Numbered from the stretch's first letter, positions 30,841-41,360 are shown. The stretch: DNA of 64,000 nucleotides from an uncultured Chromatiaceae bacterium (GCA_964421045.1 CAYQVF010000011.1:1551-65550); one strand, 5' to 3'. Notes: generated from the sequence alone by a model not told the origin. A program made the numbers and translations.

Positions 30841-31929
30841 ATGAAAGTGTCTCGTGTGTTTAATTTTAGTGCTGGGCCGGCGATGTTACCTGAAGCGGTA
30901 TTGGATCGGGCTAGAGAAGAAATGTTGGATTGGCAGGGAACAGGCATGTCGGTGATGGAGATGAGTCATCGCGGCAAAGAATTTATGTCTATTGCTGAGA
31001 AAGCGGAAACGGATTTGCGTGCGCTGCTGAATATTCCAAACAACTATAAAGTACTTTTTGTTCAAGGAGGGGCGAGTACACAGTTTGCTGCTGTGCCAAT
31101 CAATTTATTAGGAACCAAGAAGCAAGCGGATTACTTTCATACGGGGGCTTGGTCGAAAAAAGCCATCGCTGAAGCGCAACGTTATTGCAAGGTAAATCTG
31201 GTTGCTAGTGCCGAAGCCAGTCACTTTAATGAAGTGCCCGATGAATCAATCTGGCAATTTAGCAATGATGCAGCTTATGTACACTTTACTCCAAATGAAA
31301 CCATCGGCGGTGTACGTTTTTCCAGTCTTCCTGATGTCGGGGATGTGCCTCTTGTTGCTGATATGTCTTCAGAGATTTTATCTCAGCCTATCGATGTCTC
31401 TCGTTATGGGGTGATTTATGCGGGCGCGCAAAAAAATATCGGGCCAGCGGGTTTAACTTTAGTGATTATACGCGAAGATCTGATGGGGTTACCGTTAGAA
31501 GGTGCGCCCTCAATGCTTGATTACAAAGTCATAGCGGATCATGACTCTATGTACAATACACCGCCGACCTATAGCTGGTATTTGGCCGGTCTGGTGTTTG
31601 AATGGCTGCAAAAACAGGGCGGGTTAAGTGCTATGGCAGAGCAAAATCAGCGCAAAGCAGCAAAGCTCTATGCTGCGATAGATGGCTCAGATTTTTATGC
31701 TAATCCGGTGCGTAAAGCGAATCGTTCATTAATGAACGTTCCTTTCACATTAGCCCATGCTGACCTGGATAAAGCGTTTCTAACTCAGGCCGCAGCAGCG
31801 GGCTTGATCACTTTGAAGGGGCATCGCTCAGTCGGTGGTATGAGAGCCAGTATCTATAATGCGATGCCTGAAGCGGGTGTGGACACTTTGGTTGAGTTTA
31901 TGAAGCACTTTGAGAAAACGAATGTATAA
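30841..31929 (+). CDS. serC: Phosphoserine aminotransferase
   Basis: Contains [33 protein letters not shown] and [11 protein letters not shown]. Confidence 0.95.
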   Translation: MKVSRVFNFSAGPAMLPEAVLDRAREEMLDWQGTGMSVMEMSHRGKEFMSIAEKAETDLRALLNIPNNYKVLFVQGGASTQFAAVPINLLGTKKQADYFHTGAWSKKAIAEAQRYCKVNLVASAEASHFNEVPDESIWQFSNDAAYVHFTPNETIGGVRFSSLPDVGDVPLVADMSSEILSQPIDVSRYGVIYAGAQKNIGPAGLTLVIIREDLMGLPLEGAPSMLDYKVIADHDSMYNTPPTYSWYLAGLVFEWLQKQGGLSAMAEQNQRKAAKLYAAIDGSDFYANPVRKANRSLMNVPFTLAHADLDKAFLTQAAAAGLITLKGHRSVGGMRASIYNAMPEAGVDTLVEFMKHFEKTNV

Positions 31930-33085
31930 AATTTTAACTTTGAACAATATATCGGTGGTGGGTTTGGAAAAATTACCTCGCGACCATTACGAAATCGCTT
32001 CAGAAATAAAGCATCCGGATGCTATTTTATTACGTTCATATAAAATGCATGGCATGGCGTTACCCAAATCAGTGCGCGCAATTGGTCGTGCGGGCGCAGG
32101 TGTCAATAACATTCCTGTTGATCAGTGTAGTAGTTTGGGTATTCCGGTTTTTAATGCGCCTGGAGCTAATTCTAATGCGGTGAAAGAGTTAGTACTTGCA
32201 GGCATGTTGTTGGCTGCAAGAAATATTTGTCCGGCCTGGGAGTTTGCGCGTCATGTTGAGGGTGATGATGCCAGTTTAAATCAGCAGGTAGAGGCAGGTA
32301 AAAAGAATTATGTTGGTTTTGAACTGCCAGGTCGGACATTAGGTGTTATTGGTCTGGGTGCGATTGGTGTTAAGGTGGCCAATGCGGCGTTAAATTTGGG
32401 CATGAATGTAATTGGTTTTGATCCGCAAATCACCGTAAAAAGCGCCTGGCAATTGTCTTCTTCTGTGCAGCAAGCGAACAGTGTGGATGAATTATTGAAT
32501 CAGTCTGACATGGTTTCTTTGCACGTGCCGGAAGTGGACGCAACTCGGGGATTGATCAATAAAGAGCGTTTAGCCAATATGAAAGATGGCCTCGTTGTTT
32601 TAAATTTTGCACGTGCTGGTATAGTGGATAACGTCGCCGTGTTACAAGCGCTGCAATCGGGGAAAATGCACAGTTATGTTTGTGACTTCCCATGTAATTT
32701 GTTAAAAAATCAACAGGGTGTGATTGCTTTGCCGCATCTAGGTGCGTCAACTAAAGAAGCTGAAGAGAATTGTGCGATCATGGTTGCTGATCAGATTCGA
32801 GAATTTCTTGAAAATGGCAATATAGTGAATTCGGTTAATTTTCCAGAGGTGGTGATGCCGAGAACGGAAGGGTATCGCATTGCTATTTCTAATACCAACG
32901 TGCCCAATATGCTGGGTCAGATTTCTACTGCATTGGCAAAATCAGATTTAAATATCGTCGATATGATTAATAAATCCAAAGGGGAAATCGCCTACACTAT
33001 GGCGGATGTGGATAAATCTGTACCAAAATCAGTCATAGATGAAATTGCCTCTATTCAGGGTGTTTTGTCTGTGCGTTCATTGTAG
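31922..33085 (+). CDS. D-3-phosphoglycerate dehydrogenase-like 2-hydroxyacid dehydrogenase with a C-terminal ACT domain
   Basis: Rossmann motif [13 protein letters not shown] and the GAST catalytic region are present, with an ACT-like tail ([18 protein letters not shown]). The ATG at 31922 overlaps the serC stop (ATGTATAA); the track start at 31910 is TTG. Confidence 0.8.
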   Translation: MYKILTLNNISVVGLEKLPRDHYEIASEIKHPDAILLRSYKMHGMALPKSVRAIGRAGAGVNNIPVDQCSSLGIPVFNAPGANSNAVKELVLAGMLLAARNICPAWEFARHVEGDDASLNQQVEAGKKNYVGFELPGRTLGVIGLGAIGVKVANAALNLGMNVIGFDPQITVKSAWQLSSSVQQANSVDELLNQSDMVSLHVPEVDATRGLINKERLANMKDGLVVLNFARAGIVDNVAVLQALQSGKMHSYVCDFPCNLLKNQQGVIALPHLGASTKEAEENCAIMVADQIREFLENGNIVNSVNFPEVVMPRTEGYRIAISNTNVPNMLGQISTALAKSDLNIVDMINKSKGEIAYTMADVDKSVPKSVIDEIASIQGVLSVRSL

Positions 33086-33097
33086 CCTGGCTTTGAG

Positions 33098-34180
33098 ATG
33101 AGTGACAACCCGTCATTAGAATCCGTGCGGTTACGTATTGATGAGCTGGATGTGCAGATTCAAAATTTGATTGCTCAGCGCGCTGCTTGTGCTATACAGG
33201 TTGCAGAGTTGAAAGGGCGTGATGCGAATACGGTTTACTATAGGCCTGAGCGAGAGGCACAAGTACTACGCCAGGTTATGGCGCGAAATTGTGGTGATTT
33301 GGAGCCTAAAGCCATGGCGCGAATTTTTCGTGAAATTATGGCCGCCTGTTTGGCGATAGAGCAGCCTTTAGCCGTCGCTTTTTTGGGGCCAGAAGGTACC
33401 TATACTCAAGAGGCTGCCCGCAAACATTTTGGTCAGGCCTCCAAAATGATCCCGGTGACGAGTGTTGAAGATGTGTTTCATGAGGTTGAGTCAGAACGAG
33501 TTCATTATGGCGTCGTGGCGGTAGAAAATTCTACCGAAGGCAGTGTTACTCTGACCCTGGATATGTTTCTCGATTCTTCTCTAAAAATATGTGGTGAAGT
33601 GGCGTTGCGTGTTCGCCATTGTTTGTTGAGTCGTTGTGACGCATTAAATGAAATTAAAGTGATATATGGGCATCAGCAGGCATTGGCTCAGTGTAAAAAT
33701 TGGCTGAATGCCCATTTGCACGGTGCGGAGCAGATTGCAGTAAGAAGTAATGCTGAAGCTGCACGTATTGCTACAGAAACGCTTGGTGCGGCAGCTATTG
33801 CGGGTGAGCGTGCTGCTGAAATTTATCAGCATAATATATTAGCAACCGCCATTGAAGATAATGCGAATAATATTACTCGCTTCCTGGTGTTGAGTGCTTC
33901 TTTTCCTTCATCTAGCGGTGTTGATAAAACTTCATTGTTAGTGACGACAGGTAATCAGCCCGGGACGTTGCATAAAGTATTGACCCCCTTTGTTAATCAC
34001 CAGGTTTCAATGACGAGTATAGAGTCCCGGCCTTCTCGTAGAGGAACGTGGGACTATGTCTTTTTTATCGATATAGAAGGTCATATTGAAGAAGCGCATG
34101 TTGCTGCTGCGGTGCGAGAGCTAGAAGAGACTTCAGTTATGGTCAAGTTGTTAGGATCTTACCCCAAGTCGGTTTTGTAA
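33098..34180 (+). CDS. pheA: Bifunctional chorismate mutase / prephenate dehydratase (P-protein)
   Basis: N-terminal CM (LRIDELDVQIQNLIAQRA), PDT core (AFLGPEGTYTQEAA; NITRFLVL) and a C-terminal ACT domain (ESRPS). Confidence 0.92.
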   Translation: MSDNPSLESVRLRIDELDVQIQNLIAQRAACAIQVAELKGRDANTVYYRPEREAQVLRQVMARNCGDLEPKAMARIFREIMAACLAIEQPLAVAFLGPEGTYTQEAARKHFGQASKMIPVTSVEDVFHEVESERVHYGVVAVENSTEGSVTLTLDMFLDSSLKICGEVALRVRHCLLSRCDALNEIKVIYGHQQALAQCKNWLNAHLHGAEQIAVRSNAEAARIATETLGAAAIAGERAAEIYQHNILATAIEDNANNITRFLVLSASFPSSSGVDKTSLLVTTGNQPGTLHKVLTPFVNHQVSMTSIESRPSRRGTWDYVFFIDIEGHIEEAHVAAAVRELEETSVMVKLLGSYPKSVL

Positions 34181-34199
34181 AGTTACCGCTAACATAGTA

Positions 34200-34355
34200 A
34201 GTGCCCCGTCATAATTATTTTAACTCAACTTCTGCAGTATTTTCGCGTGAATCAAGGCGCAGAGAAACGAGCATAGTGCGCTATGTGACCGGAGCTACAA
34301 CGCGGAGTTACGCGAAAAAGACCAAAAAATGTTAAAATAATTATGGCGGGGTACT
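34200..34355. repeat. MITE-like element, copy A (156 bp, TA flanks, about 25-bp terminal inverted repeats)
   Basis: The termini are AGTGCCCCGTCATAATTATTTTAAC ... GTTAAAATAATTATGGCGGGGTACT. TA lies at 34198-99 and 34356-57. Its reverse complement aligns along its full length with 41197-41351. Confidence 0.8.
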
Positions 34356-34356
34356 T

Positions 34357-35217
34357 ATGAGTAGCATGTTGGTCATCGGTGTGGGTTTGATTGGCGGCTC
34401 GTTAGCTCGGGCACTCAAACGTGTTCGCTATTGCGACGAGATTATCGGTTTTGGGCGAGATCGCCAGCAGTTGCAGCGCGCAGTTGAGTTAGGTGTGGTG
34501 GATCGTTTTGCTACTGATTTAGCTGACGCTGTGCGGGGTGTTAAGCTGATCATTGTTGCGGTTCCTATGGGTGCGATGCCGGAGCTGTTTCATCGATTGG
34601 CCGAGGTTGTTGAAGCCGGCACCATTATTAGCGACGTGGGGAGTGCCAAGGGGTCGGTGGTTGCCGCAGCCAAAGCTGCTTTTGATGATCAAATGCTCCC
34701 TTTTTTTGTCCCCGGACACCCTATTGCAGGTACCGAAAATAGTGGTGTGGACGCGTCTTTTGCCGAGCTTTACGATCAGCGCCAGGTGCTTTTGACCCCG
34801 ATTGTTGAAACCGATTCGGCGGCACTGTATGAGGTTGAAGCGATGTGGCGTGCGGCAGGGGCGGTGGTTGAAACGCTGACTGTAGATCATCACGATGAAG
34901 TGTTGGCGGCAACCAGCCATTTACCTCATGTTTTGGCTTATTCGCTAGTGGATATGCTGGTGGCAATGGGTGATAGCGAAAAAATATTTCGCTATGCGGC
35001 AGGAGGATTCAAAGATTTTACCCGTATCGTATCTAGCGATCCTCTCATGTGGCGGGATATTATTATGGGGAATCGCGAGGCAATCTTGCCCGTATTGGAT
35101 CGATATATTGAACGTGTTGCGCAATTGAGGGCGGCGATCAATCATGCTGACAGTGATGTTTTATTTGCGACGTTTAGTCGAGCTAAGGCAGCAAGAAATC
35201 GCTATTCTGGAAAATAA
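34357..35217 (+). CDS. tyrA: Prephenate/arogenate dehydrogenase
   Basis: Contains VIGVGLIGGSLARAL (Rossmann), GHPIAG and the HDEVLAATSHLPH motif. Confidence 0.87.
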   Translation: MSSMLVIGVGLIGGSLARALKRVRYCDEIIGFGRDRQQLQRAVELGVVDRFATDLADAVRGVKLIIVAVPMGAMPELFHRLAEVVEAGTIISDVGSAKGSVVAAAKAAFDDQMLPFFVPGHPIAGTENSGVDASFAELYDQRQVLLTPIVETDSAALYEVEAMWRAAGAVVETLTVDHHDEVLAATSHLPHVLAYSLVDMLVAMGDSEKIFRYAAGGFKDFTRIVSSDPLMWRDIIMGNREAILPVLDRYIERVAQLRAAINHADSDVLFATFSRAKAARNRYSGK

Positions 35218-35219
35218 CT

Positions 35220-36524
35220 ATGAAAAATGAAATGGAGAAGCTCAGGGTGCAGCCCGGTGGTGCTTTGGTCGGGCGTATTCGTGTACCAGGGGATAAATCG
35301 ATCTCCCATCGCAGCATTATGTTGGGTTCTCTGGCCGAAGGGATCACCGAAGTCAGTGGCTTTTTAGAAGGTGAAGACAGTTTGGCCACCTTAAATGCTT
35401 TTCGTGCGATGGGGGTTCGTATCGAGCGTCCGGCTGAGGGCGCCGTGGTGATTCATGGTGTGGGTATGCGGGGTTTAGCTCAGCCTGCTGCGCCATTGGA
35501 TTTAGGCAATTCGGGTACCTCGATGCGCTTGCTGGCAGGGTTATTATCTGCGCAGTCGTTTGCTGTCACGCTGACCGGTGATGCCTCCCTGTCGAAAAGG
35601 CCGATGCGACGCGTAACTACGCCATTAGCGGCGATGGGCGCGGTTATAGAAGATGCTGAGGGTATGCCGCCTTTGATTATTCATGGCGTGCAAAATTTGA
35701 CCGGAATTCACTACGCTATGCCTGTTGCGAGTGCGCAGGTTAAATCGAGTTTATTATTGGCGGGATTGTATGCACGGGGTAGAACCCGAATTATAGAGCC
35801 CGCGCCGACCCGAGATCATACCGAACGTATGTTAAGTGGTTTTGGTTATGAAATTGTGCGTGATGAAGATAGTGTCAGTTTGGCAGGCGGTGGGCGCTTG
35901 ATGGCGATGAATATAGACGTACCGGGAGATATTTCTTCCGCTGCTTTTTTTTTGGTCGGTGCGGCTATCGCCCCAGGCTCTGATTTGATGATCGAGCATG
36001 TGGGTGTTAACCCAACAAGGATGGGGGTTATTACTATATTGAAGGCAATGGGTGCGGATATTGCTTTGTGTAATAAACATGAAGTGGGGGGGGAGCCTGT
36101 TGCTGATATTCGAATAAAATACAGTCCTTTGCATGGTATCAATATACCGAAAAACCAGGTTCCATTGGCGATAGATGAGTTTCCTGCTTTGTTTGTTGCT
36201 GCGGCATGTGCAGAGGGAACGACCGTATTGACCGGGGCAGAAGAGTTGCGTGTCAAAGAAAGTGATCGCATTCGAGCCATGGCGGAGGGGTTGGCTGTGC
36301 TGGGTGTTGATGCACAGCCGCAACAAGATGGTATTATTATTAAAGGTGGCGCGTATCAAGGTGGCATCGTCGACAGTTTGGGCGATCATCGTATTGCCAT
36401 GTCTTTTGCGATGGCGGCTTTGCGAGCAAAGAGCGAAATAAATATTAAAGAATGCGAAAATATCCGCACTTCATTTCCGAATTTTATTTCTTTGGCCGGT
36501 TCGGTTGGCTTGGGCGTGGAGTAA
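35220..36524 (+). CDS. aroA: 3-phosphoshikimate 1-carboxyvinyltransferase (EPSP synthase)
   Basis: Contains PGDKSISHRS, LGNSGTSMRLL, RPMRRV, KESDRI and DHRIAMSF. Confidence 0.95.
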   Translation: MKNEMEKLRVQPGGALVGRIRVPGDKSISHRSIMLGSLAEGITEVSGFLEGEDSLATLNAFRAMGVRIERPAEGAVVIHGVGMRGLAQPAAPLDLGNSGTSMRLLAGLLSAQSFAVTLTGDASLSKRPMRRVTTPLAAMGAVIEDAEGMPPLIIHGVQNLTGIHYAMPVASAQVKSSLLLAGLYARGRTRIIEPAPTRDHTERMLSGFGYEIVRDEDSVSLAGGGRLMAMNIDVPGDISSAAFFLVGAAIAPGSDLMIEHVGVNPTRMGVITILKAMGADIALCNKHEVGGEPVADIRIKYSPLHGINIPKNQVPLAIDEFPALFVAAACAEGTTVLTGAEELRVKESDRIRAMAEGLAVLGVDAQPQQDGIIIKGGAYQGGIVDSLGDHRIAMSFAMAALRAKSEINIKECENIRTSFPNFISLAGSVGLGVE

Positions 36525-36545
36525 GCCATAAATTGGTGCTAGGCA

Positions 36546-37283
36546 ATGGAGGCTGGGTGCCAGGAGATTGAGGTGATAAAAAAGAACATTCCAGTGATAA
36601 CTATTGATGGTCCGAGTGGCACAGGCAAAGGAACGATCAGTCGTCTTGTCGCTCAAGAGTTGGGGTTTCATTTTCTTGATAGCGGTGCTTTGTATCGTTT
36701 GTTGGGTCTGGCAGCGCGCCACCATTCGATTCCGTTTGACGATGAAGCGGCGTTGGTTACACTTGCGGGTCATCTGGATATTCAGTTTGTATTTGATAGT
36801 GAAGATCAAAAAACAGATATTTTTCTTGAAGGAGAAAGAGTTACAGATGTTGTGCGGAGTGAGCTGAGCGGTAAAGATGCTTCCATTGTAGCGGTATTAC
36901 CCGCTGTGCGTCAGGCGTTAATGAATCGGCAGCACGCGTTTTTAGAGCCGCCCGGTCTGGTAGCTGATGGGCGCGATATGGGTACCGTGATTTTCCCTGG
37001 GGCCGAGTTGAAGATTTTCTTGACGGCAAGCTTGAATGAGCGTGCGAGAAGGCGATATAAGCAGTTGAAGGGCAAGGGGAATGATGTTACGCTAGAAAAC
37101 CTGCAAGATGTATTGTCTGCAAGAGATGCGCGTGATAAGCAGCGAGAAGTAGCCCCGCTGTTACCCGCCGATGATGCCGTACAGATTGATACCACAGAGC
37201 TTGATATTGAAGGTGTTTTTATACGTGTGATGTCATTGTGGAATAATTGCAGTATGAAATTTAAAGAGTCTAGAGTTGTTTAA
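36546..37283 (+). CDS. cmk: Cytidylate kinase
   Basis: Contains [18 protein letters not shown] and [11 protein letters not shown]. The exact start is uncertain. Confidence 0.9.
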   Translation: MEAGCQEIEVIKKNIPVITIDGPSGTGKGTISRLVAQELGFHFLDSGALYRLLGLAARHHSIPFDDEAALVTLAGHLDIQFVFDSEDQKTDIFLEGERVTDVVRSELSGKDASIVAVLPAVRQALMNRQHAFLEPPGLVADGRDMGTVIFPGAELKIFLTASLNERARRRYKQLKGKGNDVTLENLQDVLSARDARDKQREVAPLLPADDAVQIDTTELDIEGVFIRVMSLWNNCSMKFKESRVV

Positions 37284-37422
37284 ACTTCTAGAATACTTCC
37301 TATTCCGCTAGGAATTCGAGTTGGGTGAGGGTAGGTCGTCGGTAAGATCACCGTCCCTTGTTTTATTTACTAACTTTTACATATTTGGAGTGTGTTGTTA
37401 AAACACACAAGGTTATTTGGCG

Positions 37423-39120
37423 ATGAGTGAAAGCTTTGCAGAGTTATTTGAAGAAAGTCTAGCGTCCCAGCAGATGCGTCCCGGTTCAATTATGATCGCA
37501 ACCGTAGTTGAAGTTCGGCCTGACGCCGTGGTGGTTAGTGCAGGACTTAAATCGGAAAGTATGATTCCGATTGACCAGTTTTATAATGAAGACGGAACGC
37601 CGAATATCTCGGTGGGTGACGAGATTGAAGTTGCACTGGAGGCGGTAGAAGATGGGTTTGGTGAAACTAAACTATCGCGAGAAAAGGCAGTACGAGCACG
37701 CAGCTGGGTCAAATTGGAGGAAGCCTTAAATACTGGGGCGACGGTGACCGGTATCATCACAGGTAAAGTTAAGGGTGGTTTGACGGTCGATGTTGAAACG
37801 ATCCGTGCCTTTTTACCGGGTTCTTTAGTTGATGTGCGCCCAGTACGAGATTTGGGTCACCTGGAAGGCAAAGAGCTGGAATTCAAAGTTGTCAAATTAG
37901 ATCGAAAACGCAATAACGTTGTCGTCTCTCGTCGTGCGGTTGTTGAACGCGAGTCGGACGCTGAGCGTACGAAACTGCTTGAAAATCTGGAAGAAGGGCA
38001 GGTTGTAAAAGGGATTGTTAAAAATTTAACCGATTATGGTGCTTTTGTTGATTTGGGCGGGATAGATGGTTTACTGCACATTACCGATATGGCATGGCGG
38101 CGTGTTCGTCAACCTTCGGAATTTGTGAATGTGGGCGATGAAATTTCCGTTAAAGTCCTAAAATATGATCGAGAACGTAATCGTGTCTCACTCGGTCTGA
38201 AGCAAATGGGCGAAGACCCCTGGGTGAATCTAGCGCGACGCTACCCGGTTGCGACCCGGTTATTTGGCAAAATCACTAATATCACGGACTACGGTTGTTT
38301 TGTCGAAATCGAAAGTGGGGTTGAAGGTTTGGTTCACGTTTCTGAAATGGACTGGACAAACAAGAACGTCAATCCATCAAAAATGATACATCTTGATGAA
38401 GAAGTCGAAGTGGTTGTTCTGGATATAGACGAAGAACGTCGTCGTATTTCTCTGGGTATGAAGCAGTGTCAAACGAATCCATGGGAAGCGTTTTCAGCAA
38501 CACACAACAAGGGCGATAAAGTCGAAGGGCAGATTAAATCCATTACCGATTTTGGCATCTTCGTTGGCCTTGATGGCGGTATTGATGGTCTATTGCACTT
38601 GTCTGATTTGTCCTGGAGTGGTTCTGAAGAAAGCCCAACGAGTGGGCATGGCTATAAAAAAGGAGATGACATTGAAGCGGTTGTTTTGGCTATTGACGCA
38701 GACAGAGAGCGTATTTCTTTAGGCGTGAAACAGTTAGAGCAGGATCCTTTTTCTTCTTACGTTGCTGAAAATGCAAAGGGTAGCATCGTTAAAGGTACGG
38801 TGAGCGAAGTTGATGCTAAAGGTGCGGTTATTAATCTGGGTGAAGGGATTGAAGGCCAATTGCGAGCATCAGAGATGGCTCAGGAGCGCGTTGAAGATGC
38901 GCGTACGGTATTGAATGTGGGTGATGCTGTAGAAGCGAAATTTATGGGCGTTGATCGCAAAAATAGAGTGTTAGTTTTATCTATTAAAGCGAAAGATTCT
39001 CAGGATGAAGCTGAGGTCATTGAGGAGTATAGTCGCAATACAGGCTCTCAGGGTGCAACGACATTGGGTGATCTTCTAAAAGAGAAAATGGAAGGCCGCA
39101 GCGACGAGCAACAGAAATAG
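37423..39120 (+). CDS. rpsA: 30S ribosomal protein S1
   Basis: [14 protein letters not shown]-terminus and repeated S1 domains ([20 protein letters not shown]). The ATG at 37423 is preferred over the track TTG at 37417. Confidence 0.97.
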   Translation: MSESFAELFEESLASQQMRPGSIMIATVVEVRPDAVVVSAGLKSESMIPIDQFYNEDGTPNISVGDEIEVALEAVEDGFGETKLSREKAVRARSWVKLEEALNTGATVTGIITGKVKGGLTVDVETIRAFLPGSLVDVRPVRDLGHLEGKELEFKVVKLDRKRNNVVVSRRAVVERESDAERTKLLENLEEGQVVKGIVKNLTDYGAFVDLGGIDGLLHITDMAWRRVRQPSEFVNVGDEISVKVLKYDRERNRVSLGLKQMGEDPWVNLARRYPVATRLFGKITNITDYGCFVEIESGVEGLVHVSEMDWTNKNVNPSKMIHLDEEVEVVVLDIDEERRRISLGMKQCQTNPWEAFSATHNKGDKVEGQIKSITDFGIFVGLDGGIDGLLHLSDLSWSGSEESPTSGHGYKKGDDIEAVVLAIDADRERISLGVKQLEQDPFSSYVAENAKGSIVKGTVSEVDAKGAVINLGEGIEGQLRASEMAQERVEDARTVLNVGDAVEAKFMGVDRKNRVLVLSIKAKDSQDEAEVIEEYSRNTGSQGATTLGDLLKEKMEGRSDEQQK

Positions 39121-39124
39121 ACAG

Positions 39125-39170
39125 GGGTAGGGCGCTTGTTATTGTGACTTGAGCCCACCCTTTGTATTTT
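39125..39170 (+). terminator. Candidate terminator/attenuator between rpsA and ihfB
   Basis: GGGT(A)GGGC pairs with GCCCACCC (GC-rich stem, one bulge, about 19-nt loop), followed by TTTGTATTTT. Confidence 0.4.
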
Positions 39171-39225
39171 ATGAGCAGTAATTGTTGTAGTGTAGTCCGG
39201 TTTGGGGCCGAGTGAGGGAGTTTTA

Positions 39226-39606
39226 ATGACCAAGTCTGAATTAATTGAGTTGTTAGCGCAAAGACAAAAACACTTGAGCTACAAGGATGTTGAATTTGCG
39301 GTTAAGGTGATGATAGAACATATGGCAAAAACCTTGGCTGGCGGTGAACGTATCGAAATCCGTGGCTTTGGTAGTTTTTCGTTGCATTATCGACCCCCTC
39401 GAGTTGGACGAAACCCAAAAACCGGGGTTTCAGTGCCGCTTTCCGGGAAATATGTTCCCCACTTCAAGCCAGGCAAAGAACTTCGCGAACGTGTTAATAA
39501 TAGCAAAGCTCAAATTGTGGTGGATGATTCTCCTGATGAGGATGATAACGAGGCGATGAATGCTGGTCGATCTAATGAAATAGCAGGTGGGTCGTTAATT
39601 AACTAA
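39226..39606 (+). CDS. ihfB: Integration host factor beta subunit with an extra acidic C-terminal tail
   Basis: MTKSELIE..., [33 protein letters not shown] lies upstream of the ATG at 39226. It is 126 aa, and about 30 residues extend past the usual end. Confidence 0.9.
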   Translation: MTKSELIELLAQRQKHLSYKDVEFAVKVMIEHMAKTLAGGERIEIRGFGSFSLHYRPPRVGRNPKTGVSVPLSGKYVPHFKPGKELRERVNNSKAQIVVDDSPDEDDNEAMNAGRSNEIAGGSLIN

Positions 39607-39712
39607 CAGCAAGGCTAGGTTTTGGCTGTTACCTGGTTTATCATGCTAATATAGCTCTAAAAATAAACTTGTTTGGCAGCGCCGATGCTGTTGTTCAGGA
39701 TAGCAATAGGGG

Positions 39713-40024
39713 ATGATGATGCTGAGTCGAATTTTAGTGTTGATTGGATTAGCTGCTCTAGCGGTGATGGTTGTTGGTTTTACGATGCTCAATAAAGGTT
39801 CGATAGAACTGAGCTATTATTATGGAATATGGGAGTTACCCAAAGCATTGGTTGTTGCTGCATCGGTTTGTGTGGGGATCGCGGTAGGTTTTATTGTTTG
39901 TTTTTTTAAAGTACTGCAGTTAAAGCGACAAATCGCGATTATGCGTAGAACGGAAGCACGAGAAAAGAAAAAAGCAGTATCTTCACAGCTGCGTACGGTC
40001 TCACTTGAAGGCTCTGGAATCTAA
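39713..40024 (+). CDS. lapA: LapA-like (DUF1049) inner-membrane protein
   Basis: Two TM segments sit immediately upstream of lapB. The call rests on conserved position. Confidence 0.65.
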   Translation: MMMLSRILVLIGLAALAVMVVGFTMLNKGSIELSYYYGIWELPKALVVAASVCVGIAVGFIVCFFKVLQLKRQIAIMRRTEAREKKKAVSSQLRTVSLEGSGI

Positions 40025-40030
40025 ATAAAT

Positions 40031-41197
40031 ATGTCTTTCTTGTTGTGGTTGCTACTCCCTGTGGCAGCCGCTTCAGGATGGTGGTTTGCCAGAAGGTCTT
40101 TTTTGTCTGCTCCTCCCATTTCACAGAACATTTCTCCAGAATATTTCAAAGGTTTAAATTATCTGCTTAATGAGCAGCCCAATAAGGCGATCGAAGTTTT
40201 TTCTCGTTTGTTGAAATCTGAACATTCCGAAGAGGTTGAAACGCACATTGCGGTTGGTGTTTTGTTTCGCCGTCGTGGCGAGGTGGATCAGGCCATACGC
40301 ATTCATCAAGATATTTTGTCTCGTAGTGATATTGATGAAAAGCAACGTAGGTTAGTTTTGTTGGAGTTGGGTCGTGATTATCTGCGAGCGGGTTTGTTAG
40401 ATAGAGCCGAAGGTTTATTGCATGACTTGATTCGAGTAGAACCTGTTAATGTCTCCGCTTTGGACTTGCTTAAAACAATATATGAGCAAGAAAAGGAATG
40501 GCTAAAAGCCGCAGAGGTGGTGAACGTTCTGGCGGCTTCGGAGAGTGAAAATTATCAGCCCGTTTTAGCACAATATGCTTGTGAAATGGCCGTTATCGCC
40601 AACCAGAAGCGTGATTTTAATAGGGCTCAAGGGTATATCGATAAAGCTTTGCACAGCGATCCTCTGTGTGTACGTGCTTCAATTCTAAAAGCCCAAGGTC
40701 TGGCAGAAAATGGTGCATTTGAGAAGGCGGTAAGCGCTTACCAGCGTGTAGCAGATCAAGATCCTGACTATCTGTCTGAGGTCATAGACCCTATGTTGGA
40801 ATGTTACTATCAGCTTGACCGGCTCGATGACATGCAAGATTATTTACAGGGTCTGTTGAGACAATATGCTTGCACTAGAGCCGTGTTGGCATTATCGGAA
40901 TTGTTACGGCAGCATCGTGGCGATCATGATGCTGCCATATATATGGCCAATTATTTAGGTCGTACCCCTTCATTAGCCGGTTTGCATCGATTGGTTGATC
41001 TGAATTTGGCTGAAAGTAAGGGCGAATTACGGGATACCTTTCGCGTAATTCGTAAAACTTTAATGGGCATGATAAAAACTCAGCCCCTCTATCAATGCAG
41101 GCAATGCGGTTTTTCGGGCAAGTTATTACATTGGTTATGTCCCAGTTGCAAAAGCTGGAATCGTGTTAAACCAGTTGAGAGTTTAGGGTTTGAATAA
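40031..41197 (+). CDS. lapB: LPS assembly protein LapB (TPR plus rubredoxin-like zinc finger)
   Basis: N-terminal TM and TPR repeats, with C-terminal CRQCGF...WLCPSCKSWN. Confidence 0.9.
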   Translation: MSFLLWLLLPVAAASGWWFARRSFLSAPPISQNISPEYFKGLNYLLNEQPNKAIEVFSRLLKSEHSEEVETHIAVGVLFRRRGEVDQAIRIHQDILSRSDIDEKQRRLVLLELGRDYLRAGLLDRAEGLLHDLIRVEPVNVSALDLLKTIYEQEKEWLKAAEVVNVLAASESENYQPVLAQYACEMAVIANQKRDFNRAQGYIDKALHSDPLCVRASILKAQGLAENGAFEKAVSAYQRVADQDPDYLSEVIDPMLECYYQLDRLDDMQDYLQGLLRQYACTRAVLALSELLRQHRGDHDAAIYMANYLGRTPSLAGLHRLVDLNLAESKGELRDTFRVIRKTLMGMIKTQPLYQCRQCGFSGKLLHWLCPSCKSWNRVKPVESLGFE

Positions 41198-41351
41198 GCA
41201 CCCCGCCATAATTATTTTAATATTTATTGGTTTTTCGCGTGACTCCGTGTTGCAGCTCCAGTTACATAGCGCACTATGCTCGTTTCGTTGCGCCTTGATT
41301 CACGCGAAAAATACTGCAAAAATTGAGTTGAAATAATTATGGTGGGGCACT
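41197..41351. repeat. MITE-like element, copy B (155 bp, inverted relative to copy A)
   Basis: The termini are AGCACCCCGCCATAATTATTTTAA ... GAAATAATTATGGTGGGGCACT. TA lies at 41195-96 and 41352-53. Hand alignment to the reverse complement of copy A gives roughly 15 substitutions plus 2 one-base indels. Confidence 0.8.
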
Positions 41352-41360
41352 TAAGTGAAT

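Noticed and set aside
35832-36389. 185-aa and 144-aa minus-strand ORFs inside aroA
   Set aside because: They are antisense to a full-length EPSP synthase that has all its signature motifs, and their composition is typical of shadow ORFs.
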